A DNA stretch of 64,000 bases, from assembly GCA_045159875.1 (NCBI GenBank), contig CP067995.1:352001-416000 (forward strand). Direction: 5' to 3'. A model generated the notes under the pieces. That model was not told where the DNA came from. It saw nothing but the letters and a program-made list of their open reading frames with translations, and ran no database searches. Positions within the stretch are counted from its first letter, which is position 1, and every line of letters starts with the position of its first letter. Shown in pieces: positions 1-11,406 of this stretch. A program made the position numbers and the translations under genes. This DNA is from a cyanobacterium endosymbiont of Rhopalodia gibba. Lineage in GTDB: Bacteria > Cyanobacteriota > Cyanobacteriia > Cyanobacteriales > Microcystaceae.

Positions 1-125
1 ACAGACCAACCCAGAATCTGCTGTGCCTGTTCAAATTTAGTTTTGCCGATGAAAGTTTCTTGTAAATCTACTCCCATCCCAACGATTTGTGATCCTTGTC
101 CCGGAAATACCCACGCTGTTTTCAT
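1..125 (-). CDS. fabD: Malonyl-CoA:ACP transacylase, N-terminal part (runs off window start)
   Basis: Manual translation from ATG at 125 gives MKTAWVFPGQGSQIVGMG..., the FPGQGSQ signature. Lies downstream of plsX-fabH. Missed by the ORF track. Confidence 0.95.
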   Translation of the reverse strand, partial: MKTAWVFPGQGSQIVGMGVDLQETFIGKTKFEQAQQILGWS

Positions 126-166
126 TTGTTATTTTCAATAAATCTTCAAAAATTAATTAAAGGTGA

Positions 167-1168
167 TTAAATGCCCCAGCGAAAAATCACTGCACCCCAG
201 GTTAAACCTGCCCCAAAGCCAGAACTAGCGATTACATCCCCCGTTTTAATTTTACCGTCTCTGACAGCTTCATCAAGGGCAATGGGGATGGATGCGGCTG
301 ACGTGTTACCGCATTCTTCTAGGTTAGCAATGATCTTTTCTGGGGGAATCTTGAGCCGTTGAGCCACCGCACACATAATACGCTGATTGGCTTGGTGTAG
401 GATTAGCCAGTCAATATCGTCACTGGAAATGTTAGCACGAAATAGGGCCCTTTCAATAACTTCTGGCACTTTAGCTACAGCAAAACGGTAAATTTCTCGT
501 CCGTTCATGGTGATAGGATGGTAAGTCCCTTGACTGATAGTAATTTCATCTTTAAGGGTTTTCTCTTGTCCTTCGTAGGAAAGATTAAGAGAATGATGTT
601 GCTGTCCATTACTATACATATCAAACCCTAACAAGCGATCTTCATGAAGATTTGCTTGACAAACAACTGCGCCTGCTCCATCGCCAAATAGAACACAGGT
701 GTTACGATCTGACCAGTCTATCCAACGGGAAAGAATATCAGCCCCAATCACTACTACTCGTTGATAAACCCCAGTCCGAATAAATTGAGCGGCCGTGATT
801 AAGGCGAAAACAAAGCCCGAACACGCAGCTGTCAAATCAAAAGCTACCGCATTAGAAGCTCCTAATAATTGTTGTACTTTAGCCGCACTTCCGAATAAGT
901 CATCAGGGGTAGAAGTCGCTAAGATAATTAGGTCAATATCTCTAGGAGTCAGACCAGCCATAGTAATTGCTCCTTGAGCTGCTTGAGCCGAGATATCACT
1001 AAGGGATGTATCTGGCGAAGCTAAATGCCGACGGCCGATTCCGGTACGTGTCCGAATCCACTCATCGGAGGTATCAACAAGATGACCAAGGTCATCATTA
1101 GTAATCACCTGGGTTGGTGTGAATGAACCACAGCCCGTAATTGCAATTTTAGCTCCTGATGCGTTCAA
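167..1168 (-). CDS. fabH: 3-oxoacyl-ACP synthase III
   Basis: AACSGF (catalytic Cys), LHQAN, GNTSAAS and GFGAGLTWG motifs. plsX-fabH-fabD operon. Confidence 0.98.
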   Translation of the reverse strand: MNASGAKIAITGCGSFTPTQVITNDDLGHLVDTSDEWIRTRTGIGRRHLASPDTSLSDISAQAAQGAITMAGLTPRDIDLIILATSTPDDLFGSAAKVQQLLGASNAVAFDLTAACSGFVFALITAAQFIRTGVYQRVVVIGADILSRWIDWSDRNTCVLFGDGAGAVVCQANLHEDRLLGFDMYSNGQQHHSLNLSYEGQEKTLKDEITISQGTYHPITMNGREIYRFAVAKVPEVIERALFRANISSDDIDWLILHQANQRIMCAVAQRLKIPPEKIIANLEECGNTSAASIPIALDEAVRDGKIKTGDVIASSGFGAGLTWGAVIFRWGI

Positions 1169-1247
1169 CGATTTTCTCCTTAGGTCTCCCTGAAATATTC
1201 GTGATTATCGGGGAGAATACTCCCCTAAAAGTTTTTTAGTGTCAGTA

Positions 1248-2300
1248 TCACGGTTCACTGTTTACTATAGCTGAGCTATCCACTATTTTATTAATATAAG
1301 TCGACGTATCAGCTTGAATACGCTCAATAACTCGGTGATTAATGGCTTCTTTTGCCAAGCGAATCGCATTAAAAATTGATGGAGCTTGGGAGCTACCATG
1401 ACTAACAATACAAATCCCGGCGACTCCAAACAATAATGCACCCCCTTGTTCAGCATGATCGACACGCTGTTTCAGCTTTTTCAAGTTTGGCTTAAGGATT
1501 TGACCGCCGATTTTTCCACGCCATCCTTGAGGTAATTCCTCGCGCATAATTTGTAGGAGGATTTCTCCAACAGCTTCTGCAAATTTTAGCAGAACGTTCC
1601 CAACAAAACCATCACAGACGATTACGTCAAACTGTCCCGAGAGGACATCTCTTCCTTCAGCATTACCGACAAAGGGGATGTCTTTGTTTTTTTCTAGTAA
1701 TTCATAAGTTCTTAAAGCTAAATCATTGCCCTTGCTAGATTCCTCGCCGATATTGAGTAAACCCACCTTGGGTTGGTCAACTCCCATTACATATTGGCTG
1801 TAAATAGTCCCCATCAGGGCAAATTGTTCTAAATATTTGGGACGACAATCCACATTAGCCCCTACATCTAAAATAATCACGGATTTACCTGCTAGTAGAG
1901 TGGGGAAGACAGCCCCAATTGCGGGACGATCAATGCCTTTTATGCGGCCTAAACGGAGAGAAGCTGCCGCCATGGCAGCCCCTGAATGTCCCGCCGAAAC
2001 CACCGCATCAGCACGGTTTTGTTTAACTAAATCCATGACTACGTTAATGGATGCTTTGGGCTTACGTCTAAGTCCCTTAAGTCCTTCGTCCATAGCGATC
2101 ACCCCATCGGCCTCGACAATTTCGATATTAGGGGCATGAACATGGTGTTTTAGGGAGTTTTGGATTTGTTGGTGATCGCCAACCAACAAAACGGTCACAT
2201 CTAGCTCTTCGGAAGCTCGGATCGCTCCAGCGACGATTTCACCAGGGGCGTGATCCCCTCCCATAGCGTCTACTGCAATTCTTGCGGGGGTTGCTGCCAT
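1248..2300 (-). CDS. plsX: Phosphate acyltransferase PlsX
   Basis: IAVDAMGGDHAP N-terminus, LDVGAN, VCDGFVGNVLLK and SHGSS motifs. Confidence 0.98.
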   Translation of the reverse strand: MAATPARIAVDAMGGDHAPGEIVAGAIRASEELDVTVLLVGDHQQIQNSLKHHVHAPNIEIVEADGVIAMDEGLKGLRRKPKASINVVMDLVKQNRADAVVSAGHSGAAMAAASLRLGRIKGIDRPAIGAVFPTLLAGKSVIILDVGANVDCRPKYLEQFALMGTIYSQYVMGVDQPKVGLLNIGEESSKGNDLALRTYELLEKNKDIPFVGNAEGRDVLSGQFDVIVCDGFVGNVLLKFAEAVGEILLQIMREELPQGWRGKIGGQILKPNLKKLKQRVDHAEQGGALLFGVAGICIVSHGSSQAPSIFNAIRLAKEAINHRVIERIQADTSTYINKIVDSSAIVNSEP

Positions 2301-2465
2301 TGAATCAAAGTGATAGAAACCTTCAAAATTTTAACAGAAGCCCTGAAAAATCCGAACAGAAAGAATTCGCAATTTCACAACAGGCTAAACAAATAATGAT
2401 AAAAAAAGAAAGATCAAGAAAAATAACATTATCCAGATTATCGCATGACGTGAGGTGATTTCAGA

Positions 2466-3755
2466 ATGCAAGAACTATTCGCTTTGGCTATTGCTAATTT
2501 GTTGATAAATGTTTTGAGGCCTAACCTAAAACCGTTAGAACCTATCATGGTGGCTGCCTGGCAACAGGCAAAAATTTTTGATGTTCCCACCAATCCTGAT
2601 CCTATAGTAGAAAAAATTGTGGCCGACTATCTCCAAAACATCAAAGCCCTAGGTTTCTCTCTAGACAAACAAGGGGTTTGGATTCAATCAGATTGGGCTT
2701 ATCTAGGACAAAATCAGTCTAATCTTCCTTTGCCTGCCGCGTCTCTGACTAAAATTGCCACCTCTATTGCTGCTTTGGAAACTTGGGAAATAGATCATCG
2801 TTTTGAAACCCTAATTTATACGGTAGGTTCTTTCAAAGATGGAGTCTTAATAGGAGATTTGGTCATTCAAGGAAGCGGTGATCCTTTATTTGTTTGGGAA
2901 GAAGCAATCACGCTGGGTAATCACTTAAACAAATTGGGAATTCGTAAAGTCATAGGTAATTTAATCATTGTTAACAATTTTTCGATGAATTTTAAATCTG
3001 ATCCACAAATCTCAGGGGAACTACTCAAAGTAGGCTTAGATAAATCTCGTTGGCGTAGAAGTGTTGATACTTTTGTTCAACACTTCTACGCCAATACTCC
3101 TCTTCCCCAAGTAGCGATCACGGGTGCGGTTAAAGTTCAATCTAATCTCCCAGAAGGTTCTCAATTACTAATCCTTCACCAGTCTTTAACTTTGGCTGAA
3201 CTCCTCAAACAAATGAATCTTTACAGTAATAATGCCATGGCTGAGAGCCTAGCACAATCGGTGGGAGGAGCAAAAATAGTAGCGCAGAAAGCCGCCAGAG
3301 CAGCTAATGTTCCCTTCAAAGAAATTCAATTGATTAATGGATCCGGATTGGGACTCGAAAACCGCATTTCTCCTCAAGCATCTGTAGCTATGTTAATTGG
3401 TATTCAAAAGAAGTTGAAAGAAAATTCCCTCAATGTCACAGATATTTTCCCAATGGCTGGACGAGATACCACTGGAACGGTAAAATGGCGTAATCTTCCA
3501 GATGGAGTGACGGTTAAAACCGGAACCTTAGCTCAAGTAAGTGCCTTAGCAGGGGTGATATCTACGAAAGAGCGGGGTCAAGTTTGGTTTTCTATCATTA
3601 ATCATGGCTACAATATTGATCTCTTTCGAGTTGAACAGGATCGATTGTTACAGCGTTTAGCTGATCATTGGCAACTGACTGATGTTTCATTAACTCAGCA
3701 AATTAAACCATATTTAGGTGATCCTCAACGTAATAAGTTAAAAGCCAAAAGTTAA
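2466..3755 (+). CDS. D-alanyl-D-alanine carboxypeptidase/endopeptidase (peptidase S13, PBP4/DacB-like)
   Basis: PAASLTK (SxxK), SNN (SxN) and KTGTL (KTG) motifs, plus GSGDP and NGSGL. Confidence 0.9.
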   Translation: MQELFALAIANLLINVLRPNLKPLEPIMVAAWQQAKIFDVPTNPDPIVEKIVADYLQNIKALGFSLDKQGVWIQSDWAYLGQNQSNLPLPAASLTKIATSIAALETWEIDHRFETLIYTVGSFKDGVLIGDLVIQGSGDPLFVWEEAITLGNHLNKLGIRKVIGNLIIVNNFSMNFKSDPQISGELLKVGLDKSRWRRSVDTFVQHFYANTPLPQVAITGAVKVQSNLPEGSQLLILHQSLTLAELLKQMNLYSNNAMAESLAQSVGGAKIVAQKAARAANVPFKEIQLINGSGLGLENRISPQASVAMLIGIQKKLKENSLNVTDIFPMAGRDTTGTVKWRNLPDGVTVKTGTLAQVSALAGVISTKERGQVWFSIINHGYNIDLFRVEQDRLLQRLADHWQLTDVSLTQQIKPYLGDPQRNKLKAKS

Positions 3756-3881
3756 ATTCTTCGGCTCAATGACTTTTACATTAAGTAAAAATAATTGGGT
3801 TAAGCTACTTAAAAAGATCTACCTGTGTCGAAATAAGCTACAAACTATCAATTCATATGCTTGTTCGCTGGCAACTCTTCG

Positions 3882-3926
3882 ATAAACTCCTAGAATAAAC
3901 AGTTTACCTCTATTCTAGAAGTTTAT
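3882..3926. repeat. Inverted repeat, 16-bp arms with 1 mismatch
   Basis: ataaactcctagaata (3882-3897) / tattctagaagtttat (3911-3926). Confidence 0.8.
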
Positions 3927-5480
3927 TGAAAACTTCATTACTCATTTTTTACTTGATACATCTTTCCTGAGCAATAAAAATGCTTTTTAAAGTCTTCTGT
4001 CTTATCTTTTTTTTATCATTCGGACTTTATTTGTCCTTGAATAAAAGATATTAATTCTATAACTTTTTTAATAAATAGAATCTTTTTCTGTCTAGATCAG
4101 AAAAGTAATCTAACTAGTTTGAGTTGTTTAACTTTTTTACGATCATAGTTATGTTAAAGTTCAACAACCTCTTAGTAAATGAAGTTTTAACCTTGTTTTA
4201 ATGGATAGCTTGAGTTTTAACTTGAGTAACTATTTATCTAAAAAACTACTGAAAATGCCGGGAAATAATTAGAATATTTGGGTTTATTTGACAATTAACT
4301 TAAGTAGAAATTAAGTACTGTCTTATTTAAGAGTTATCTCAAATAAAATTTTGTTGACTGACTAGTATCTTAATCTATAAAAAAGTCAAATTACTAGTTA
4401 TTCTGATTTATAAATATTTACTACATTTGGTTTTTACTTAATTGTCAAAACTACTACAATGGTATCAGGTTAATCTATTCAATAGATATCAATAAACTGA
4501 AATGAGAGATAATATGTTGGTTGATATTTAGTATCAATTTTACAATCATTCTAAAACTTTTGTGTATTTAAACTATGGAAATAGCCCTATTTTTTAGGAA
4601 AAGATTTTTAATCAGAAATAATCTATTTCTAAAATAAAGACAAAAATTTTTTTACGTATTAAACACGATATTTTTTCGTCCAAAATCACAGTACTAGTAA
4701 ATTTTTTTAAAAAATATTTCTTTTTATCAGGGTTGATTCTACAGGGTAACTACTTGGATCGGCTATGCCGAACTTATAATTTATAATTTATAAGTAGAAT
4801 GCAAAATAAAGAGATTTTAAAATTAAAAGTTGACGCATTTTCTAAATTCATAAGCTCTTCTTTATAATTAGATTTAATTTATTATTAATAACTTTCACTA
4901 TCCTTAAATAAAAATAAGTCATGATTTCTTCAATACAACTCCTAATCATTCCACTGATCTGGATTAATAAATAAGCTTTTCGATATTAATTAACTAATTT
5001 CAATAATCCTGAACTTTAGTCTAAGTTTTTCTCTAAATTTAACGACAATTAATCTTAAAAGAGAAAGTTTTCTCTATCCAAGACAAATCTTTAATAATTT
5101 GTTCCTTATTCTAATAAAGTTTTTCAGATGCCATAAGTATCAATTAAGTTAAAGCATTGAGCTTAATATAATCCAATTGAAACATAAAATTCACTCGAGT
5201 ATTATCCATAGAATAATTATGACTTTTAATACGCTTGCTATTGAAAATAAAATTCTATCTTTGTATTTTTAAGCTTCACGTTATAGGTTTAATAAAGACT
5301 CATAATCATATGATATCGCAAAACTTTTAATATTTCATTTTAGTCATAACAATTTGGAGCAACAAATCAGGTAACCATTTCTAATAACGGGAACGCCATC
5401 GTTTTCTTGAGAGTCTTTTCGGATTAAAAAGATTTTTAATTAGTAAAATTAGGAGAACTATGCCATATATAGAAAAAAAC

Positions 5481-5556
5481 AAGGCACACGACTAGGATAG
5501 GGAAATCTTTTTTAGAAGTTCGAACTCTAGAAAAGATATAGACGGTCGAGTGCCTT
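5481..5556 (-). terminator. Long imperfect hairpin directly downstream of rpmF
   Basis: Outer arms aaggcacacgac/gtcgagtgcctt, inner arms atcttttttag/ctagaaaagat, and a central palindrome agttcgaact. Begins about 10 nt after the rpmF stop. Confidence 0.55.
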
Positions 5557-5566
5557 TAACATCTTA

Positions 5567-5734
5567 TTATTCGTCGTCGTCTTCGTCTTGGGGATAGACA
5601 AAGGTAGAACGTCCTGAAAGGACGGATTTACCTAAAGACAAAGCTTTTTCGGCTTCTTTGGCTGCTTGTTTCTTCCAATGTGCTTTGCGTTGATCGCGCT
5701 TGAGATTAGAGGTTTTCTTTTTTGGAACTGCCAT
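5567..5734 (-). CDS. rpmF: 50S ribosomal protein L32 (55 aa)
   Basis: Manual translation [55 protein letters not shown]. Below the ORF-track length cutoff. Confidence 0.97.
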   Translation of the reverse strand: MAVPKKKTSNLKRDQRKAHWKKQAAKEAEKALSLGKSVLSGRSTFVYPQDEDDDE

Positions 5735-5844
5735 AGTTCGTGATTATTGAGTGAGAAATTAGATAGCTTTCTTATTCTAATCGGTCTGGTCCAAATTTGT
5801 CTGGTCAACGGAAATTGAGTAATGTAAGTTTTGATATTGAGTGA

Positions 5845-6150
5845 AGTTGTAGGGGTATTGAAAAATTTTCGAGCAATAGCCTGAGCAATGATTATTCTCA
5901 GCATTGGCTACCGTTACAAGCTTGTGAAGCCAGTGCTCAAACTCTCTATCGAATTAATCATAATGCGGAGATTCCCAATGATCAATTAGTCTTATTGACG
6001 GACACCTCCCTTAAACTGAGACAGGAGCTTACTTATGATAAGACAGACAATATCAATCAATAGTTAGAAAATTGGCTGTCTCAACTCAAGCTTAATTGTT
6101 TTTTAGGGTTATGGAGTTAGTTATCAGGGAAAAGATTATCTAGTTGCCAT
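5845..6150 (+). pseudogene. Remnant of caspase-like (peptidase C14) domain protein
   Basis: Fragments ...LPLQACEASAQTLYR...IPNDQLVLLTDTS...NINQ*LENWL and F*GYGVSYQGKDYLVAI resemble the FFSGYG..GKDYLMP region of cyanobacterial caspase-like proteins. Contains stops and frameshifts. Boundaries approximate. Confidence 0.6.
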
Positions 6151-6352
6151 ATTTTCGCTGAAAAGTCCAGATAAATGGCAAGTTGTTAATAATCATTTAA
6201 ATAGTTAAATCCGTCTGGTCAAACCAGATTGATTTGTAAATTTCAGGGACACAGAGCCAGTAGAAACAAATATAACGGAAGATAAATGAGACAGACAAGA
6301 ATTATCTCAAATAATCTTCCATTAATGCCTATTATTGTTCTCCATATTTCAA

Positions 6353-7246
6353 CTAACTTCGTCGAAGAATTTGAATACAACACCATTCTTGTTGTTTGCA
6401 AATAGTAGTCACAACCCAACCATACTGTTCGAGGATATCAACGATAACTTGAGATTGATCAAGTAAAATACCACTGAAAATGCCCCAAGCGTTAGGTTTA
6501 GCTAAAGCCGTCAGTTGAGGAATTAGCTCAATGATAACTTCGGCTAGAATGTTACATAAAATACCATCTACGCCTTCGGGAACTAAATTTAAAATTTCTT
6601 GAACACTACCTTGGTTAATCACTAAAATAGACGGATGAATTTGATTGAGATGGCGATTATGACGGGCAGCATTTATTGCCAAGGGGTCGATATCCACAGC
6701 ATAAAGCTTAGCTGCTCCCAGCAAAATCGCCCCAATCGAGAGAATACCAGATCCAGAGCCAATATCAGCAACAATGGTTTCCCTGGTTGAATCTAACAAG
6801 TACATTTCTAAAGATTCTAGACATAATTGGGTGGTGGCATGGGTTCCTGTTCCAAAAGCTGCTCCTGGATCAAGGCGTAGAATGAAACGATCATTTTCTT
6901 GGGGGGGGGTTAACCAAGCCGGATAAATCAGAAAGTGATCACCTACTTTTGTGGGTTGCCAATGTTCCTTCCAGCTACTAGCCCAGTCTTCTTCATCAAT
7001 CAACTTCCAACTGGTTAATGGTGGAGGAAATCCTGAAAGCAAAGCATCCTCTTGTAGACATAGGGATAGAGCGGCTAAATCCGGAGAAACTTCTTGTATT
7101 TCAGGAATATAAGCGTAAATCAAATAGGATTTTCCCTTAATACTTTTAGCAGTGCCCGAACAGCCAAATTGCTCTAACCTCCAAAAAATATACTCTTCTA
7201 AATTTGCGTGACAAAGAATGCTAATTTCCCACCAGCTCATTGACAT
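6353..7246 (-). CDS. prmA: Ribosomal protein L11 methyltransferase
   Basis: LDPGAAFGTGTHATT, DIGSGSGILSI and NILA motifs. Confidence 0.97.
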   Translation of the reverse strand: MSMSWWEISILCHANLEEYIFWRLEQFGCSGTAKSIKGKSYLIYAYIPEIQEVSPDLAALSLCLQEDALLSGFPPPLTSWKLIDEEDWASSWKEHWQPTKVGDHFLIYPAWLTPPQENDRFILRLDPGAAFGTGTHATTQLCLESLEMYLLDSTRETIVADIGSGSGILSIGAILLGAAKLYAVDIDPLAINAARHNRHLNQIHPSILVINQGSVQEILNLVPEGVDGILCNILAEVIIELIPQLTALAKPNAWGIFSGILLDQSQVIVDILEQYGWVVTTICKQQEWCCIQILRRS

Positions 7247-7350
7247 TAAAGAGTTAAGTTAGTGACTGAGAAATAGTAAATTATCGATATCTTAAGCGTT
7301 ACTAGAGGATTTTTTAGCAAAACAGAAATTTTCTATGGAGAGTGTCAACA

Positions 7351-8928
7351 CTATAATTTAACCGTGTAGGCATCTCGAATGCCAGCTACTTTAGTAATTT
7401 CTGTCAGTAACCCATCAGGAAGGGGATCATCAAGACTCAAAGCCATCACCGCATCCCCACGAACAATTTTTCGTCCTACTTGCATACTGGCAATATTGAC
7501 ATTAAAACTACCAAGCAGAGAACCAATTTTACCGATAATCCCTGGCATATCGCGGTGTACAGTGAATAACATATAGTTACTGGGGGGAACGTTAATTGGG
7601 AAACCATCCACATCAGTAATCCGAATTTCTCCGTCACTGAGTAAAGCCCCTGTTACGGAATGTTCTCCCATCGATCCTTGGGCTGCTAGGTGGAGAGAAT
7701 CAGAATAGTCCCGAATTGTTGCATCACGAGTTTCAATAATTCTGATTCCTCGTTCTTTGGCTTCGATTGCCGCATTAACATAATTAACTCGTTCGCGTAG
7801 AGCTCGGGATAGCAGCCCTTTTATAGAAGCAATGATAAGGGGCTGACTTTTATTGGTTGCTAATTCTCCTTGAAGCCTTACTGTTAACCGTTCAATGCGT
7901 CCTCCTGCCAATTGTCCAACCAAATTTCCTAAGGTTTCGGCCAGTTGTAAGTAGGGGCGCAATTTTTCCATGACATCAGGAGTCAGTCCAGGGATATTAA
8001 CGGCTGAACGGGCAGGTAGTCCCAACAACACATCTCGAATTTGCTCAGCTACATCAATAGATACATTCACCTGTGCTTCGGCGGTGGAAGCTCCTAAATG
8101 AGGGGTTAAAAGCACATTATCAAACTTTCGTAGTTCAGATTCTCCGAGGGGTTCTTCTTCAAAGACATCTAGGGCGGCTCCAGCAATTTTTTTATTGGCA
8201 ATTGCTTCAGCCAAGGCAGGCTCATCAATAATTCCCCCGCGGGCACAATTAATCAAGCGAGCTGTAGATTTCATTTTGTTGAATGCTTCTGTAGAGATTA
8301 AATGGGTAGTTTCTGGAGTTTTAGGAATATGGAGAGTAATATAGTCGGATTCAGCAAAAAGTAAATCCAGATCCACCAGAGTACAACCCAATTGATCAGC
8401 GCGTTCTTTAGAAATAAAAGGATCAAATGCCAATAATTTCATGCCCATGGATTTCGCGACATTAACCACATGCGAACCAATTTTCCCTAACCCCACAACC
8501 CCTAAGGTTTTTTTGTAAACTTCAGCCCCAATAAACCTTTTTCGATCCCATTTCTTAGCTTTAACCGACCGATTTGCTTCAGGAATGTGTCGAGATAGGG
8601 ATAACATCATGGCTAAGGCGTGTTCAGCGGCTGCGATAGTATTCCCTTCTGGGGAGTTAACCACCACAATGCCTTGACGAGTAGCTGCCTTAACATCGAT
8701 ATTATCAACCCCAACCCCGGCACGTCCGATAATTTTGAGTTGGATTCCTGCTTCAATAATGGCTTGGGTAACTTGGGTTCCTGAACGAAGCATTAAGGCA
8801 TTATACTCAGGAATGATTCTGACCAATTCTTCTGGAGGAAGTCCAGTTTTGATATCTACTTGCGCCACTTGAGATAAGATATCGATTCCTGCTTTGTCAA
8901 TGGTATCGGATACAAGAACTTTTGCCAT
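7351..8928 (-). CDS. serA: D-3-phosphoglycerate dehydrogenase
   Basis: GRAGVGVDNID, GLGKIG and TPHLGAST motifs, C-terminal ACT domain (HRDMPGIIG). Confidence 0.98.
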   Translation of the reverse strand: MAKVLVSDTIDKAGIDILSQVAQVDIKTGLPPEELVRIIPEYNALMLRSGTQVTQAIIEAGIQLKIIGRAGVGVDNIDVKAATRQGIVVVNSPEGNTIAAAEHALAMMLSLSRHIPEANRSVKAKKWDRKRFIGAEVYKKTLGVVGLGKIGSHVVNVAKSMGMKLLAFDPFISKERADQLGCTLVDLDLLFAESDYITLHIPKTPETTHLISTEAFNKMKSTARLINCARGGIIDEPALAEAIANKKIAGAALDVFEEEPLGESELRKFDNVLLTPHLGASTAEAQVNVSIDVAEQIRDVLLGLPARSAVNIPGLTPDVMEKLRPYLQLAETLGNLVGQLAGGRIERLTVRLQGELATNKSQPLIIASIKGLLSRALRERVNYVNAAIEAKERGIRIIETRDATIRDYSDSLHLAAQGSMGEHSVTGALLSDGEIRITDVDGFPINVPPSNYMLFTVHRDMPGIIGKIGSLLGSFNVNIASMQVGRKIVRGDAVMALSLDDPLPDGLLTEITKVAGIRDAYTVKL

Positions 8929-9043
8929 GGTTACTCTATCTAGATCGCAGTTATTAGTAATGCTTGTTCAGTCTCTTATTGCAGTAGCTCATTGCTACCA
9001 CGACCCTGACTCTAAAATCTTTTGAGGACAAGGTTTCATGAAT

Positions 9044-9104
9044 TGAGGTTTATTCTGTAAGGATTCAGTTACCTTCAGGTGACTTTCTTACAGAATAAAC
9101 CTCA
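9044..9104. repeat. Perfect inverted repeat, 18-bp arms, 25-nt loop, upstream of serA
   Basis: tgaggtttattctgtaag (9044-9061) / cttacagaataaacctca (9087-9104). Confidence 0.9.
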
Positions 9105-9862
9105 TTTTCATTATTTCGCCTCATTTACCATACCTCATTACTTGATTTACTAACTCAATTTTTAATACAAAATTCTAATATAAAATTTACCGAATAACAC
9201 ACGCAACGCAAAATTCCCATTTTTATAAAATTAAAGATATCGCGCAAGCCAGATAGTTTATTTGCTATCTTGAGCAACTTATGCTGTGTCTTTCAAAGGT
9301 TGCCGGTTGACTGCGATTTTTTTGAGGCTCCATGTTTTTATTGTCTTCCAGCCGATTTTACGTTCGTTATAAAGTAATTTACTTCAATACATCTAAAAAA
9401 TTACATTTAGAAGTCTCTTCAGTCACTTTGACTACTAGATTTTTAATCTGCTTTCAGGAAACTTCTAAGTTATTGCTTTTAACTCTTAATTCTTAGTTTT
9501 TGATTTTTTAAATCGTTGTTTAGTCTTCAAATTAAGTTTGACGTCTTTCTAAAATTTTCTACTTCTTTATCTCTTGTATTTATTTTTTGATTTATTTATA
9601 AGAGGTTTTGGAAGTTTATAACAAAAAATAATGATGGTTTTCAAGCTTGTTAAATCTAGTTTTTATGACTCATATAATAATTCGTAACAATTTATTTACT
9701 TTTTAGAAAAAATAACTCTCCTAGCTTAGCAGTTATCAATTAACAAACCAGATAAAATATAAACTCTATAAAAGAGTGAAAAATAAAGGAGATTACCCAA
9801 TCAAAAAATAGCAATCGAACCAGTATTTATATTCTTTATATCCTTTTTGTCCGTGTACGTTT

Positions 9863-10990
9863 TTATAAGTCTTCGTCTCTGTGAGCAATTTCTGCTAAGC
9901 TTTGCTGATTATATAATCCCTGTAAGGTCTGGTGCTTGTCTCGACGGGAACGAAGGCGGTATTTTTTGCTTTCTAACTTAGGTTCATAATGTTCCTGTCC
10001 CGAAGTTTTTATTTTTAACTTTAAATTCGATTCTTGCTCTCCTATTTTGTTTTTAGTTTCTTTTCTGTTAATGGCTTCTTTCAGAAAAGTTGAATAATGT
10101 TCGTATCGTTCCCAATCATCATTAATGATACAATCAGGTTCTCCCCGATGTAAACAGTCATTGAATTGACAATTACCTGTCTTAAGTTGCCGTTTTGCTT
10201 CAGGAAAATATAAAACTAATTCCTGCGGACAACAGTCAAGATCAGGCTGATTAAAGCCAGGAGTATCTGCTAAAAATCCTCCCCCCGGAAGTTCGAACAA
10301 TTCGACATGACTGGTAGTATGACGACCTTTGTGGAGTTTTCCTGAAACTTTGGCTACTCTTTGGTCAACTTCTGGAATTAAAGTGTTAATCAAACTAGAT
10401 TTACCGACCCCTGAAGGACCTGCTAGGATAGTTATCTTGCCTTGTAGACGAGTGTTTAAGTCCTCTAAACCTTGATAATTTATCATACTAACAAAAGAAG
10501 GGTTATAGCCCCATTGTTCAATACGGTTTTGCCATTTTTTTCGTTTATCTTCGACGATTAAATCTAACTTGTTCAAACACAAACATAAGGATAAAGATGT
10601 TGATTCGGCTTTCACTAAAAACCGACTTAATTGCCAGGGATCGAGGGGAGGATTTTCTAAAGCAAACACTACGAGTATTTGGTCAGCATTGGCTACAGGT
10701 GGCCTGGAAAGTTCTGTTTTACGAGGAAGAACTTGAGCGATCACCCCCTGTCTATCTTGATAGTCGGGTTCTTCGATGACCACACGATCGCCTACCATCA
10801 CCTTTTGATTAATTTTCCTTAAACGAGTTCGTCGGGTACATAATAAAGAAAAAGATGATTCATAATTAACCACTTCAGATGGTTGATCTAAGCGAACCTG
10901 ATAGAAATTTGCTTGCACAGCAATTATTGTCCCCAAAGGTCGAGATAAAGTCGAATGGGGAGTAACATTACGATAGATGGAATCACTCAC
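9863..10990 (-). CDS. rsgA: Small ribosomal subunit biogenesis GTPase RsgA
   Basis: Circularly permuted GTPase: NKLD, GPSGVGKSS, GRHTT and DTPG, plus the CQFNDCLHRGEPDC zinc finger. Confidence 0.97.
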   Translation of the reverse strand: MSDSIYRNVTPHSTLSRPLGTIIAVQANFYQVRLDQPSEVVNYESSFSLLCTRRTRLRKINQKVMVGDRVVIEEPDYQDRQGVIAQVLPRKTELSRPPVANADQILVVFALENPPLDPWQLSRFLVKAESTSLSLCLCLNKLDLIVEDKRKKWQNRIEQWGYNPSFVSMINYQGLEDLNTRLQGKITILAGPSGVGKSSLINTLIPEVDQRVAKVSGKLHKGRHTTSHVELFELPGGGFLADTPGFNQPDLDCCPQELVLYFPEAKRQLKTGNCQFNDCLHRGEPDCIINDDWERYEHYSTFLKEAINRKETKNKIGEQESNLKLKIKTSGQEHYEPKLESKKYRLRSRRDKHQTLQGLYNQQSLAEIAHRDEDL

Positions 10991-11028
10991 AAAATAATAG
11001 ACTATAGATTATAGATTAATGACTCACT

Positions 11029-11268
11029 CTAGAGACGATAGACTTTCAAGGAAAAAAAGTCCTGACGGTATTCAATAGTTTTAATATGATAGCCTTCTAT
11101 GGTCAGACTATCGGGAACTTGTTCAATGGGTTCCCCTGGATCAAGCCATACTTCTAGTAATAAACCAGGGGACATTTGTTGTAATTTCAGTTTAGTGCGA
11201 ACAAAGTTAATGGGACATGGAGTTCCTCGTAAATCGAGTAAAGGAATTTCGGTAGTTGTTTGATTCAT
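11029..11268 (-). CDS. Sulfurtransferase TusA/SirA family protein
   Basis: LDLRGTPCPINFVRTKL (CPxP-like) motif. ATG at 11268 preferred over the ORF-track start at 11295. Typical dnaJ-tusA-rsgA synteny. Confidence 0.9.
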   Translation of the reverse strand: MNQTTTEIPLLDLRGTPCPINFVRTKLKLQQMSPGLLLEVWLDPGEPIEQVPDSLTIEGYHIKTIEYRQDFFSLKVYRL

Positions 11269-11406
11269 TTTTAGAATACCCCGTTGGCCGTTCACTCGTT
11301 ACCTTTTGCTTTTTTCATGAGCTTAGTTTGATATTAGACAATTGAATTGTGAAAAAATCATGACTTCTAATTCCCAACTCTCAACACCGAACTCAGGTTA
11401 ATGAGT

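Noticed and set aside
5632..5904. 90-aa ORF from the ORF track
   Set aside because: Overlaps the real rpmF in a different frame and has no recognisable motif.
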